Translations under genes and position numbers: made by a program
Shown here: positions 1 through 10,371 of the stretch, piece after piece
Layout of the letters: every line of letters starts with the position of its first letter
How positions within the stretch are numbered: the stretch's first letter is position 1
Notes under the pieces: model-generated
Seen by the model: only the letters and a program-made list of their open reading frames with translations
The model's database searches: none
What the model was told of the DNA's origin: nothing
Source: Minisyncoccota bacterium
Lineage (GTDB): Bacteria; Patescibacteriota; Minisyncoccia; Moranbacterales; GCA-2747515
Reading direction: 5' to 3'
DNA: 56,832 nucleotides
Assembly (NCBI GenBank): GCA_020629675.1
Contig: JAHDCW010000002.1
Coordinates: 1 to 56,832, forward strand

Positions 1-1002
1 TTACTTCAATGATTGTTGCCATTTCCACGCGCTTTCTAGAGACTCAGACAGGCTGTGTTGAGGTGACCAGTGAAGTTCTGAAGTGATCTTATCTGTCGAT
101 GCCCATGATGAGGCCACATCACCACTGCGACGCGGGCCGATTGTGTGGGGCACACTTACACCAGTCATTTCCTTAAATCCAGTGATTACCTCTTTTACGC
201 TCGTGCCGCGTCCCGTGCCGACATTAAAAATACTGTAATGTGCTGCGCTTTTCGTGCAGTGCTCGAGTGCTTTGATGTGCGCGTCAGCGAGATCGCATAC
301 GTGGATGTAATCGCGGACGCCCGTACCATCTGGTGTATCATAATCATCGCCGTGAATCGTCAATGGTGGTCGTAATGTGGCAGCTGCTTGTGTGAGGTAG
401 GGAATGAGGTTTGCAGGTGGACCGAGGGGGAGTTCTCCAATACATCCTGAAGCGTGTGCACCAATAGGGTTAAAGTAGCGCAAAACACTAAATGCGCATG
501 ATGACTGCTTACTTACGTCTTCGATGATCATCTCGCCCATAAGTTTGGTATTACCATAGGGGTTGGTTGGTACGCCACGCGACATCTTCTCTGTGAGGGG
601 CGGTGCTTGATCGCCATAAACCGTCGCAGAGGACGAAAACACAAAAGATTTCACCTTCGTGGTCTGGAGAAGGCTAAGTAGGGAGATAAGGTTGCTGATG
701 TTGTTTTGATAGTAGGTAAGTGGCTTCTCAATAGACTCACCGACAGCCTTAAAAGCAGCGAAGTGGATGACGCCTTCTATGTTGGGATGTTCAGCAAAGA
801 TTTGGGACAATACATCAGTATCACCAACTGATCCTTTGTAGAAAAGAGGCTCAGAGCCTGTGATGCGGGCTATCCCTTGGAGAGCACTGAGTTGTGAATT
901 AGAGAGATTATCGACGATGATCGGTGTGTGGCCGTTTTCAGTGAGGGCGACAGTTGTGTGAGAGCCGATATAGCCTGCGCCGCCTGTGACGAGGACTTTC
1001 AT
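1..1002 (-). CDS. galE: UDP-glucose 4-epimerase
   Basis: VTGGAGYIGSH Rossmann motif, IHFAAFKAVGES, SSSATVYG, catalytic YGNTK (YxxxK), LRYFNPIGAH, DGTGVRDYIHV. Confidence 0.97.
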   Translation of the reverse strand: MKVLVTGGAGYIGSHTTVALTENGHTPIIVDNLSNSQLSALQGIARITGSEPLFYKGSVGDTDVLSQIFAEHPNIEGVIHFAAFKAVGESIEKPLTYYQNNISNLISLLSLLQTTKVKSFVFSSSATVYGDQAPPLTEKMSRGVPTNPYGNTKLMGEMIIEDVSKQSSCAFSVLRYFNPIGAHASGCIGELPLGPPANLIPYLTQAAATLRPPLTIHGDDYDTPDGTGVRDYIHVCDLADAHIKALEHCTKSAAHYSIFNVGTGRGTSVKEVITGFKEMTGVSVPHTIGPRRSGDVASSWASTDKITSELHWSPQHSLSESLESAWKWQQSLK

Positions 1003-1004
1003 AA

Positions 1005-2003
1005 TTATTTTTTTCGGTTGTTACGTTTGGTGCGCCAGCGTAGTGTCGTTAGGTAAGTCTTTTTGATGATGGTGTAGCACACCCCAATCGCGATCACGGT
1101 CGCGAGGATAATCGGAAGACTGGAGATGGACAGTGCGATGAGTTGGTCTATGATTGTCTGAGAGCGTTGGATGAGAGTATTAAAAGAGTCAATTGCGACA
1201 CCTGTCGGATCCCAGTGCGTTTCCTTGATTTCACGAGATGCCTCTGTGATAAAGATGGTGATCGTAGAGTATTCCGTTTTGTCTTTGAGATTGCTGAGGC
1301 GGGTTTCGATGATTTCGATTTCTGCTCTGATGTCACTGAGATACTCTTGAACCTGGATAATCTCCTCTACCGAGGTTGCAAGGGGGAGGACCGTTGCGAG
1401 GATTTGCTCTTCCTGTGCCTTAAGACTCTTAAGGCGAGCTTCTTGATCGACAAACACTTCTGAAACGTCTTCTGTGCTAATTGTTTCATGATGGACTTGA
1501 ATTGCCTCACCGCGGATATGTGCCATGGCGCGCTCAAAATTCTTTACCGGTACACGGATAGAGATAATACCGCTCGTGTTAAAGTTCTGATCTTGGGAAA
1601 TGTCACTATGGACGATTGATGCATCAAAGTCCGCAATCATCAGCTCTATGTCACGTGCGAGGACGTCAATCTCAACCACATCGATATGCATTGTCGCTGT
1701 TTTGATGACATGACGGCCTTCTTGCGTCTCATCTTGACTAATATTGTCGATGACGAGATTGTTTGGTGCTTGGAGAGCGCGTGATTCTGCGGCTGAGCTT
1801 TTGGTGTTGGTATCTGGCTCAATCAGCGGTGCTATTAAGTTATCACCGAGGAATGGCTTGCTTTCTTCGAGGGTGATGGTGTCTGGTGCCGGCTCAGTTG
1901 TGCCAATCATCGCAAGTGCGACGGCGATAAAACTCAGAAAGGCCAAGAGAGGGAAGATGCTTTTACGTTCTTTCGGCTTTGTTTTTTCTTTAGATTCTGA
2001 CAT
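1005..2003 (-). CDS. DUF4349-family membrane-anchored protein
   Basis: N-terminal TM; VIKTATMHIDV...IRVPVKNFE...EDVSEVFVDQEARL coiled coil; YSTITI; C-terminal TM. ATG at 2003 preferred over 2039. Confidence 0.8.
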   Translation of the reverse strand: MSESKEKTKPKERKSIFPLLAFLSFIAVALAMIGTTEPAPDTITLEESKPFLGDNLIAPLIEPDTNTKSSAAESRALQAPNNLVIDNISQDETQEGRHVIKTATMHIDVVEIDVLARDIELMIADFDASIVHSDISQDQNFNTSGIISIRVPVKNFERAMAHIRGEAIQVHHETISTEDVSEVFVDQEARLKSLKAQEEQILATVLPLATSVEEIIQVQEYLSDIRAEIEIIETRLSNLKDKTEYSTITIFITEASREIKETHWDPTGVAIDSFNTLIQRSQTIIDQLIALSISSLPIILATVIAIGVCYTIIKKTYLTTLRWRTKRNNRKK

Positions 2004-2097
2004 ATATTTTGGTAGCTTAATGATCAAATTATAACACATCGATTGCGATAGGGCTTGATTTACTCTATTATGGAGTTATTAGATTAATGATGTGTTC

Positions 2098-3033
2098 ATG
2101 ACACCAAAAATCAGTATTGTGGTCCCTCTTCTCAATGAGGAGGGAAGTGTCGAGCAGTTGCACCGCCAGATTGTGGCTGCGTGTGCGCAAATGCCACATT
2201 CGTGGGAGATTATTTTTGTTGATGATGGATCTACTGATCAGACAGCTACAATCGCTGCTTCACTATCGCCACTCACGCTCATCCAATTTCGTAAAAACTT
2301 CGGCCAGACAGCGGCTTTTGATGCTGGTTTTAAGCAAGCGCGCGGGGAAATTGTCGTGACTCTTGATGGGGATCTGCAAAATGATCCGGCGGATATTCCC
2401 TTGCTGCTTGCCAAGATGGAAGAGGGCTACGATGTAGTATCTGGTTGGCGTCATAAACGGAAAGACCCGCTTACTAAAAAGATCTCTTCACGCAGCGCTA
2501 ATCTCCTACGCAAGGTCCTTTTGCGTGATAGCATCCAAGATAGTGGTTGTTCACTCAAGGCATACCGCGCGGAGGCTGTTAAAAGCCTCGATCTTTACGG
2601 AGAGATGCACCGTTTTATCCCCGCTCTTTTGGAGGTGGATGGCTGGCGTGTGGGCGAGGTGAAAGTGTCACATCATCCACGTACATCAGGTGTTACCAAG
2701 TATAATTGGAAGCGAGGCGTAAAATCATTTGTCGACATGGTCTTTATTTGGTTTTGGCGCAAATACGCTTCCCGCCCAGCACACCTGTTTGGTGCAGGTG
2801 GAATCGTCTCCATCGTCTCTGGTGGTGGGATACTCGCGTGGATGCTCGCGATCAAACTTTTTTACGGCGCTTCACTTAGTGATCGGATCTGGCCGCTGAT
2901 TGGTGTTTTTTTGGTGATGCTGGGTGTGCAGTTTTTTATCTTTGGACTCATCGCAGATATCGTGATACGCAATTTCTACAAGTCTCATGGGCGCATGAAT
3001 TACACAATTCGCTCTGTTACAGAGAAGAAGTAG
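2098..3033 (+). CDS. GT2 glycosyltransferase, GtrB/ArnC-like (polyprenol-phosphate glycosyltransferase)
   Basis: SIVVPLLNEE, VDDGSTD, RKNFGQTAA, LDGDLQNDP, DSGCSLKAY, EMHRFIP; two C-terminal TM helices. Confidence 0.9.
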   Translation: MTPKISIVVPLLNEEGSVEQLHRQIVAACAQMPHSWEIIFVDDGSTDQTATIAASLSPLTLIQFRKNFGQTAAFDAGFKQARGEIVVTLDGDLQNDPADIPLLLAKMEEGYDVVSGWRHKRKDPLTKKISSRSANLLRKVLLRDSIQDSGCSLKAYRAEAVKSLDLYGEMHRFIPALLEVDGWRVGEVKVSHHPRTSGVTKYNWKRGVKSFVDMVFIWFWRKYASRPAHLFGAGGIVSIVSGGGILAWMLAIKLFYGASLSDRIWPLIGVFLVMLGVQFFIFGLIADIVIRNFYKSHGRMNYTIRSVTEKK

Positions 3034-3063
3034 CTTATCTGATAGAAGTATAGATACTTATAT

Positions 3064-4221
3064 ATGAGCAAAAAGCGCATCCTCTTTCTTAATTATGAAT
3101 TTCCACCTTTGGGTGGTGGAGCAGCAAATGCGACAGAAAAGATTTTCCGTGAGTTTGCCGCACGTGATGATGTGATTGTTGATTTGATCACGAGTTCCCT
3201 CACTGATCAGGGGGAGGTGGTGACGTTTTCGCCTCAGATTACGATTTACCGGATTCCGATTGGAAAGAATGGTCAAAATCTTAATTTTCAGTCACAAAAA
3301 GAACTTCTTGTATATCTTTGGCGATCACTTATTAAGGCGAGATCACTAACAGATACCTATCAGTACGACCTCACACATAGTTTTTTTACAGTGCCTTCGG
3401 GAATTGTTTCGCTTTATTTACTCTTGGCTAGGAACTTGCCATACATTGTATCGCTGCGCGGGGCAGATGTGCCGGGATATAGTGAGCGTTTTCCTTTAAT
3501 TTATAAGCTCTTCACACCACTTATTCGCGTGATTTGGCAAAGAGCTGCGTATGTCGTCACAAATAGCAGAGGATTAACGGAACTTGCCCAACAGACCGCT
3601 CCTGAGCAAGAATTTAAAGAGATATATAATGGTGTATCAGTAAAAAAGTTTAGCCCTCTAACAGAAGGGAAAAAGCGTCCTTTTACGATTTTATTAGCGG
3701 CACGGCTGACACATCGTAAGGGTTTTATTTATGCGATTGATGCTCTGGAAAAACTACTTGAGCAGCATGATGATATTGAGATGATTGTCGCTGGAGGTGA
3801 TGGTGGCGTAATGCGCAAACTTAAAGGTCACGCCCAAGCGTTGAGTATCCACAAGCGCATTACCTTTACAGGGCGCTACGCACACGAGGAAGCTGCTACT
3901 ATTTACCAGCAGGCTGATGTCTTCGTGATGCCATCTCTCAATGAGGGTATGAGTAACAATGCACTAGAAGCGCTCGCAAGCGGTCTCCCGATTATCATGA
4001 CGCCAACTGGTGGGGCGGTGGAGTTGGTGCAGGAAGGGGTTAATGGCTATTTGGTTGCGAGTCGCTCCGGTGCTGCGATCGCGGAGCGTGTCGAGCAGCT
4101 TTATCGGGATCGTGATTTATTGGAGCGTATGTCTGGTGCGAGTCGGCAGCTCGCAGAATCATTTAGCTGGAAAGTAACGAGTGATCAGTATATAGATTTG
4201 TATAACCAGGTACAGAGATGA
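3064..4221 (+). CDS. GT4 glycosyltransferase
   Basis: YEFPPLGGGA N-terminus; RKG; PSLNEGMSNNALEALASGLP (EX7E). Confidence 0.92.
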   Translation: MSKKRILFLNYEFPPLGGGAANATEKIFREFAARDDVIVDLITSSLTDQGEVVTFSPQITIYRIPIGKNGQNLNFQSQKELLVYLWRSLIKARSLTDTYQYDLTHSFFTVPSGIVSLYLLLARNLPYIVSLRGADVPGYSERFPLIYKLFTPLIRVIWQRAAYVVTNSRGLTELAQQTAPEQEFKEIYNGVSVKKFSPLTEGKKRPFTILLAARLTHRKGFIYAIDALEKLLEQHDDIEMIVAGGDGGVMRKLKGHAQALSIHKRITFTGRYAHEEAATIYQQADVFVMPSLNEGMSNNALEALASGLPIIMTPTGGAVELVQEGVNGYLVASRSGAAIAERVEQLYRDRDLLERMSGASRQLAESFSWKVTSDQYIDLYNQVQR

Positions 4222-5165
4222 GGACCAAAAGAGCAAAAAGAGCAGCACAAGTCATACTTGTCGTCATCTTGGTAGGGTTTTTGTTGGTGCAGGTGTCATG
4301 GTCAGATGTGCTGGAGTATATCATCCAAGCGAATAAGTATCTTTTGGCTGTTTATGTGGTGCTGTATACGCTAGGCGTCGTACTTTCGTCTTTTAAGTGG
4401 CGCTGGGTTGCGGGTCATGTACATCATGATTCCTTGTCACTGTGGTTTTATGTGCGTGTCTATGTAATAGGTACATTTATAAATAATTTTTTACCCTCTT
4501 TTGTAGGTGGAGATGCCTATCGTATCGTGCGGCATGCCCAAGAATCTGGTGGGTCAGATAGGATATCTCAGTCGGCGCAGATCGTCCTCGCGGACCGGTT
4601 AACAGGACTGTTTGCTCTTGTTTTGTTGGCGAGCGTGTCGGTGGTATTTTATGTAGTGACGCAGGGTATGCCAGATGGACTACTTTTTATTGTTTTTGGA
4701 TCAGTCTTTGTGGTTGGGGTAGGTTCAGTGGCTATTTTTGGTCTATTACAGTTGGATGTGTGTGCACGTTTTTTGGCTGGCTTTCCTGGTAAAGCAGGCT
4801 TATTCGTGGCTGAGCTGGTCCAGTTCCGTCAGATTTCATTTGTTTTGAGAGCGACGTCTTTGGGGGTTTTGTTTGCAGGCATTGGTGTGGCGCTTGCAAA
4901 TTATATGCTGTTTCAGGCGATTGGGGTAGATATCGCAGCGACATCTTATATTAGCGTGATTTTTGTCATTAGTGTTTTATCGTCATTACCTCTGAGTGTG
5001 GGAAACATAGGTGTCAAAGAATGGGTTTATATTCTACTTTTTGGATTATTTGCTATAGATCCAGCTGTGTGTGTGAGTGTCGTTTTGCTATCGCGGTTTT
5101 TGCAGATGATTGTAAGTCTCTTAGCAGCTCCACTTTACCTAATGGATAAAAAATACAATGCATAA
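4218..5165 (+). CDS. LPG-synthase TM-domain / UPF0104 putative flippase
   Basis: Polytopic; NNFLPSFVGGDAYR and LPLSVGNIGVKE motifs; ATGA overlap with upstream GT4. Confidence 0.85.
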   Translation: MRTKRAKRAAQVILVVILVGFLLVQVSWSDVLEYIIQANKYLLAVYVVLYTLGVVLSSFKWRWVAGHVHHDSLSLWFYVRVYVIGTFINNFLPSFVGGDAYRIVRHAQESGGSDRISQSAQIVLADRLTGLFALVLLASVSVVFYVVTQGMPDGLLFIVFGSVFVVGVGSVAIFGLLQLDVCARFLAGFPGKAGLFVAELVQFRQISFVLRATSLGVLFAGIGVALANYMLFQAIGVDIAATSYISVIFVISVLSSLPLSVGNIGVKEWVYILLFGLFAIDPAVCVSVVLLSRFLQMIVSLLAAPLYLMDKKYNA

Positions 5166-6171
5166 ATTTGAGCACAATATTGAGAATGAGAGAGATCTTG
5201 AAATAGAGCGAATTGCTTGTGATGATTTTTCTGTTGATGGTTTTATTGCGGAACAGAAAGAGGGGGTTGCGCGTGATTTAGTAAGGTATGAGGAATACTA
5301 TAAACAATTTGAATCACATGAGATGCGTGAAAGATGGTCTAAGGTGCGAAGAATTTTAGTCGGTGAAAAAGAAAATCTTCCCGAAAAAAAAGAGATTATT
5401 TCTCGTATGGGTGAAAGCTGTTATTTAGATCGATTTTTTTATAGTCATGAAGGCGAAAAGGTTGAAGTATTTCATGCTCATCCAAAAAAGGATTCTAATA
5501 ACCGTTTGGCAGTCTACCTTACAGGTGGCGCTGCAGGTAATTGCGAGATGGATGATTACAATCTTTTCACGCATAAAACAACGCGTGATTTGCTGGAAAG
5601 AGGATATGGTATTATATCGCCACAATACCCAGGTTCTGGCAAGAGTGAGGGTGTTGATCAGACAGGCGGGTCTGATGTTGCTGTAATCTCAACATTATTT
5701 ACTGCAATCAAAAACGATAGGTCTTTTCAGTCATATGAAAACGCAGGAAAGCCAGTATTTATCGGTGAAAGCCGTGGTGGCATGATGCTGTATCAAGTTA
5801 TGAGGGATTATCCAGAAGTTGTAGGTCAAGGCATTGTGGTAGGAGGACCGGTTGATATGCGGGATGTTTTTGATAAGAGATCAGGTTTTCGAGAGACCTG
5901 CGAAAAGTCTTTTGCGTTAACAGACGAAAATATTCGTCGCAGATCTGCTAATGAATGGTTTGAATCTGTCTCTCGAGATATCCCACTCTACGTACTCCAT
6001 GGAGAACGTGATAAAAATGTGCCGATTCAACAGTTGTATAAATTTAAGCAGAAGATTTCTGCCACGCACCCAAAAGCAACTTTCGTCTTTGATGGTGATA
6101 TGGGTCATATGCCATTAGACCGAGATGACTTGCGAGATCGCTATGTTGATTGGATCGATCGTAATTATTGA
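5158..6171 (+). CDS. Alpha/beta hydrolase (prolyl oligopeptidase S9-like)
   Basis: Nucleophile elbow GESRGG; LHGERDKNVP (Asp); DMGH (His); PQYPGSGKSEG. Confidence 0.8.
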   Translation: MHKFEHNIENERDLEIERIACDDFSVDGFIAEQKEGVARDLVRYEEYYKQFESHEMRERWSKVRRILVGEKENLPEKKEIISRMGESCYLDRFFYSHEGEKVEVFHAHPKKDSNNRLAVYLTGGAAGNCEMDDYNLFTHKTTRDLLERGYGIISPQYPGSGKSEGVDQTGGSDVAVISTLFTAIKNDRSFQSYENAGKPVFIGESRGGMMLYQVMRDYPEVVGQGIVVGGPVDMRDVFDKRSGFRETCEKSFALTDENIRRRSANEWFESVSRDIPLYVLHGERDKNVPIQQLYKFKQKISATHPKATFVFDGDMGHMPLDRDDLRDRYVDWIDRNY

Positions 6172-6235
6172 TAATTTGGTAGAGAGCTTTTTTACTGTGT
6201 TATAATACAACCAATTCAATCTCTAAGGACAGTTT

Positions 6236-7558
6236 ATGCTGGATATTAAATACATACGTGAAAATACGGAAGCGATCAAGGAGGCGGCAAAGAATAAAAA
6301 TATAGACGTTGATATTGATGCGCTGGTTGCGCTAGATAAGGAGCGACGTGAGCTCATCCAGGAGGTAGAGTCGCTCAAATCGATCAAAAATGATCTCAAC
6401 GACATGATCAAGTCTGCCAGTGATGAAGAGCGTGCTGCAATTATTGAAAAGGGAAAAGATGTGAAGCTTAAGCTTGAAACAAAAGAGCCGCTATTGAAGG
6501 ACGTGATAGAACGATTTGATGCGCTCATGGTGCGTGTCCCGACAGTGCCAGCGGCTGATGTGCCAGTGGGCGCAAGCGAGGAGGAAAATGTTGTTGTCTA
6601 CGAAAAAGGTGACAGAAAAGAATTTTCATTTACACCGCGCTCACATGTAGAGCTTGCTGAGATGCTGGATATTATTGATTTTAAAAAAGGAGCAGATATC
6701 TCTGGTTATCGAGGGTATTACCTTAAAGGCGCTGGTGCAGAGCTGCAGATGGCGTTAATGCAGATGGCTCTGGCTAAGATGGCTACAAAAGGTTTTGAGT
6801 TTATGATCCCGCCGACGCTTGTGAAGGGTAGGGCGCTCTTTGGCACGGGGTATTTCTCTGGTCAGGAATATGATGAGAGCGTTGATGAGATTTATCAGGT
6901 TGCATCTTCCGATAAAGAGGTGTCAGGAGAAAAATCAAAAGAAAAGAAATTTTTAGTGGGAACAGCTGAGCCATCTCTTTTGGCGTATTACAGTGACCGT
7001 ATTCTGGATCATACAGAACTACCGCAAAAGGTGTGTGGGTTTTCACAGTGTTATCGTAGTGAGATAGGGAGTCATGGTAAGGATACGACGGGATTGTATC
7101 GCGTGCACGAGTTTATGAAGGTGGAGCAAGTGGTGATTGCTGCGGCAGATCTCGATGCATCTGAGAAGCTGCAGGAAGAAATGGTGAGTATTTCTGAGGA
7201 GATTTTGGTAGATCTCGGTCTGCCGTACCGAAAGCTCGCGATTTGCACGGGGGATATGAGCGCTGGAAAATACCGCATGTTTGACCTCGAGGTGTGGATG
7301 CCAGGACTTGAGCGTTGGGGTGAGTTGGGTAGTGCGTCAAATTTTATGGATTGGCAGTCACGACGCCTTAAGGCGCGTTACCGCGATGAAGATGGTGAGG
7401 TAAAGCCGGTCTACATGCTCAATAATACTGTATTGCCATCACCGCGTGCAATCATCTCAATTATTGAGAATTATCAAAACGAAGACGGAAGTATTACCAT
7501 ACCGACTGCGCTGCAGCCATTTATGGTAGCGGGGACCACTGTGATTACACCGCGATAA
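6236..7558 (+). CDS. serS: Serine--tRNA ligase
   Basis: MLDIKYIREN start, N-terminal coiled coil, GTAEP, CYRSEIGSHGKDTTGLYRVHEFMKVEQ, ELGSASN, MLNNT. Confidence 0.98.
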   Translation: MLDIKYIRENTEAIKEAAKNKNIDVDIDALVALDKERRELIQEVESLKSIKNDLNDMIKSASDEERAAIIEKGKDVKLKLETKEPLLKDVIERFDALMVRVPTVPAADVPVGASEEENVVVYEKGDRKEFSFTPRSHVELAEMLDIIDFKKGADISGYRGYYLKGAGAELQMALMQMALAKMATKGFEFMIPPTLVKGRALFGTGYFSGQEYDESVDEIYQVASSDKEVSGEKSKEKKFLVGTAEPSLLAYYSDRILDHTELPQKVCGFSQCYRSEIGSHGKDTTGLYRVHEFMKVEQVVIAAADLDASEKLQEEMVSISEEILVDLGLPYRKLAICTGDMSAGKYRMFDLEVWMPGLERWGELGSASNFMDWQSRRLKARYRDEDGEVKPVYMLNNTVLPSPRAIISIIENYQNEDGSITIPTALQPFMVAGTTVITPR

Positions 7559-7590
7559 AATCTGTCGACATTAATGTGTAATTAAAAAAA

Positions 7591-7995
7591 GTGCTGAAAT
7601 ATATCCTTATACCACTACTGGGCATTGGAGCATTTGTGGGTCTTTTTTATGTGATTGCAAATGGGCAGCAGTACGAGCAGCAGGTGCATAACGTTCACTT
7701 TGACCAATTTTATGAAGCTTTTGATATAGGAGAGGTGCAGGACAATAGTGAGGTATTTGGGTGTAAGCGTGATGTGATTATCAATATCAACGCAGAGCTT
7801 AAAACAGCCCTCGTTTTCTTTGATCCGCATAACTTTGCGACTGTTGAGTTTGAAGAAATTATACCCGTACCAGAGGGGCGTCAGTATCGGAGTTCTCGTG
7901 ATACCTTTACGATTGTGGAGGATGGGGAGAGTACGCTCATTGTAGAAGGTCGTCGCATCGCTGATGGGTGCGTGCGTCGTGGCGAAAGTTTCTAA
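7591..7995 (+). CDS. Membrane-anchored hypothetical protein, possibly MliC/PliC-like
   Basis: GTG start, N-terminal TM, two Cys bracketing a beta-rich domain with EGRQY. Confidence 0.55.
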   Translation: MLKYILIPLLGIGAFVGLFYVIANGQQYEQQVHNVHFDQFYEAFDIGEVQDNSEVFGCKRDVIININAELKTALVFFDPHNFATVEFEEIIPVPEGRQYRSSRDTFTIVEDGESTLIVEGRRIADGCVRRGESF

Positions 7996-8097
7996 TTTTT
8001 TGTTTTAGAGGAGATCTTCGTCCAATGTGAATGTTAGCTCTTTTTTTGTTGGCTGCTCTTGTGGTACAGTTGAAATAATAATTAACAATTTACTACT

Positions 8098-8331
8098 ATG
8101 TATATACTTTATTACAAGCCAACCTGTCCATACTGCATTCGCGTTGTTGACTTTGCCGAGGAGCAAGGAATTAAGCTAGAGCTCAAAGATATTAACGAGC
8201 CAGCGCTGCGAGAAGAGCTGATTGAAAAAGGCGGTAAGGCGCAAGTGCCATATCTTGTCGATCATGAGGCGGGTAAAGAAATGTATGAGTCAGCAGATAT
8301 TATAGGATATCTGACACTTAGTGGTGCGTAA
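8098..8331 (+). CDS. Glutaredoxin-family protein
   Basis: CPYC active site; GGKAQVPYL; MYESADII. Confidence 0.92.
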   Translation: MYILYYKPTCPYCIRVVDFAEEQGIKLELKDINEPALREELIEKGGKAQVPYLVDHEAGKEMYESADIIGYLTLSGA

Positions 8332-8339
8332 AATAATAT

Positions 8340-9038
8340 ATGCCGACATATCAAGAGGGTTTTTACGTGGTGGATAAGCCGCTGGGTATTTCATCGCAGC
8401 GTGCAGTTCAATTTGTGAAATACTGGGCGCGCCATCACTCTGGAGATAAAAAGATAAAGGTGGGACATGCAGGCACACTTGATCCGCTGGCTTCTGGGGT
8501 TTTAGTGGTGGCAGTAGGACGATCTTTTACGCGAGAGATTGATGATATAGTAAGTGCTGAAAAGGAATATATTGCAGATCTCACATTTGGTGCGTACAGC
8601 GTTACCGATGATGCTGAAGGAGAAAAGGAGGTGGTGACAGATCATCCAAATGTTCGCAGGGCTGATGTGGAGAATGTGTGCGGGACATTTGAGGGGGTAA
8701 TCACGCAAGTGCCGCCAGTGTATAGTGCGATCAAGGTTAATGGACAGGAAGCATATAAGCGAACACGTAAAGGTCAAGTTATAGAAATGCAGCCGCGAGA
8801 AGTTGTAGTCCATGAGATTGAGGTGCTCGCTCATACAGCAGATAGTGCGCAGATTAGGGTGTGCTGCGGGAAGGGTGTTTATATACGTTCGCTTGCGCGC
8901 GATATCGGTGCTGCTCTTGGTGTGGGGTGTTACCTCAGTGGATTGCGGCGCACACGCGTAGGTGATTATGATCTGTCGCAGGCTTACTCTGTTGATGATT
9001 TTGCTTTTACCCGTACGACACAAGAAGAAAAAATATGA
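8340..9038 (+). CDS. truB: tRNA pseudouridine(55) synthase (short form, no PUA domain)
   Basis: DKPLG, KVGHAGTLDPLASGVL, QVPPVYSAIKVNG, GVYIRSLARDIG, LRRTRVG. Confidence 0.97.
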   Translation: MPTYQEGFYVVDKPLGISSQRAVQFVKYWARHHSGDKKIKVGHAGTLDPLASGVLVVAVGRSFTREIDDIVSAEKEYIADLTFGAYSVTDDAEGEKEVVTDHPNVRRADVENVCGTFEGVITQVPPVYSAIKVNGQEAYKRTRKGQVIEMQPREVVVHEIEVLAHTADSAQIRVCCGKGVYIRSLARDIGAALGVGCYLSGLRRTRVGDYDLSQAYSVDDFAFTRTTQEEKI

Positions 9039-10156
9039 ACATAGCTATTCATGCTAGAGAGTTGGAATATGAGCGTTTTGACGGGACGCGTAATTATATT
9101 AGTGCCTTATTGAAAAAGTTTGCAGACCTTCGCTCTCCTGATGATCTGATTACGCTCTATCACGCCCATGACTTTAATTCTTCTTTTTGTGTTCCTGAGC
9201 AGCTAGCGCAGTTTGCGCAGGTGGTGCCACACCGGCCGATGTGGACACAGACACAATTTGCACGCGCCCTGTGGCGAGATAAACCTGATGTTCTCTGGAT
9301 GCCTTTTCACAACCTTCCTCTTATACGTCGCCCTTCACTTCGGACGGTCGTTACAATCCATGATCTTGCATTCAAATACTTCCCAGAGACATTTTTGCCA
9401 GCGGATGTGCGGATGCTCAATCTTTGTACTGATTATGCTGTAAAAGCAAGTGACACAATTATAGCTGTCTCTGAATCGACAAAAAAAGATATTATTGACG
9501 TTTATGGTTCCCGCTACGGTGATAAGATAAAAGTGGTTTATCATGGATTTGATCAAAGTCAGTGGTATCGTCGTCAGGATGGGCACGCACTCTCAGTAGT
9601 GAGGGCTCGCTATAAGGTCAGAGCTCCGTACATCATGTATATGGGTGCGATTCAGCCGCGTAAAAACTTAGAGTCTCTGATTGAGGCATTTGAAATACTA
9701 AGAGTTCATGAGCCACAGTTACAGCTGGTGCTCGCTGGCGGAGATGCGTGGCACAGTGAGCAGATCCATCAAAGAGCGGAAGTGTCGTCGTGTGCAGAAG
9801 ATATTATTTTTACGGGCCGCATCGAAACAGCTGATGCAGCGCTACTGATGGAAGGTGCGTCTGTGTTTGTGTATCCATCACTGTATGAGGGTTTTGGCAT
9901 TCCGATTTTGGAAGCTTTTGCGATGGGTGTGCCGGTTGTCACAATGCGCAATTCGTCGCTGCCTGAGGTTGCGGGGGAAGCAGCTTATTATGTGGAGGGT
10001 ATGGGGGCTACCGTGCTCGCAGAAGGCGTTTTGCGCGTTCTCTCGGATGATGTGCTTTCAGCTAATTTGGTAAAAAAGGGGTGTGTGCAGGTAGATCAAT
10101 TTTCATGGAATCAGTCTGCTGCAGCCACATATGATATCCTAACGTCTGATGCTTAG
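9035..10156 (+). CDS. GT4 glycosyltransferase (mannosyltransferase-like)
   Basis: TIHDL, QPRKN, PSLYEGFGIPILEAF, SSLPEVAG. Confidence 0.92.
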   Translation: MNIAIHARELEYERFDGTRNYISALLKKFADLRSPDDLITLYHAHDFNSSFCVPEQLAQFAQVVPHRPMWTQTQFARALWRDKPDVLWMPFHNLPLIRRPSLRTVVTIHDLAFKYFPETFLPADVRMLNLCTDYAVKASDTIIAVSESTKKDIIDVYGSRYGDKIKVVYHGFDQSQWYRRQDGHALSVVRARYKVRAPYIMYMGAIQPRKNLESLIEAFEILRVHEPQLQLVLAGGDAWHSEQIHQRAEVSSCAEDIIFTGRIETADAALLMEGASVFVYPSLYEGFGIPILEAFAMGVPVVTMRNSSLPEVAGEAAYYVEGMGATVLAEGVLRVLSDDVLSANLVKKGCVQVDQFSWNQSAAATYDILTSDA

Positions 10157-10362
10157 TGTGTACGGCACTTTTGTTGCAGGTATCCGATTAAAAATACACA
10201 GGCAATCGTCGCTAAGATGAGTCCATTGAGGATGGTTGTGATGCTTAAGATTGGCGGTAAAAACACATTGGCAGAGATAAATGCAAGGTCAGCTGTAAGT
10301 AGCAATGCTAAAGCGTCATAAGATGCTTTATGGAGGGCTGTGTGCGTATCGTGAGAGAGCAT
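10153..10362 (-). CDS. Small two-TM hypothetical protein
   Basis: 69 aa, hydrophobic; 9 bp downstream of the preceding minus-strand gene. Confidence 0.6.
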   Translation of the reverse strand: MLSHDTHTALHKASYDALALLLTADLAFISANVFLPPILSITTILNGLILATIACVFLIGYLQQKCRTH

Positions 10363-10371
10363 AGTGTTGGT

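Noticed and set aside
6172..6235. T-box upstream of serS
   Set aside because: The intergenic region is only ~64 bp, has a TGnTATAAT -10 element and no GGTGGNACC motif
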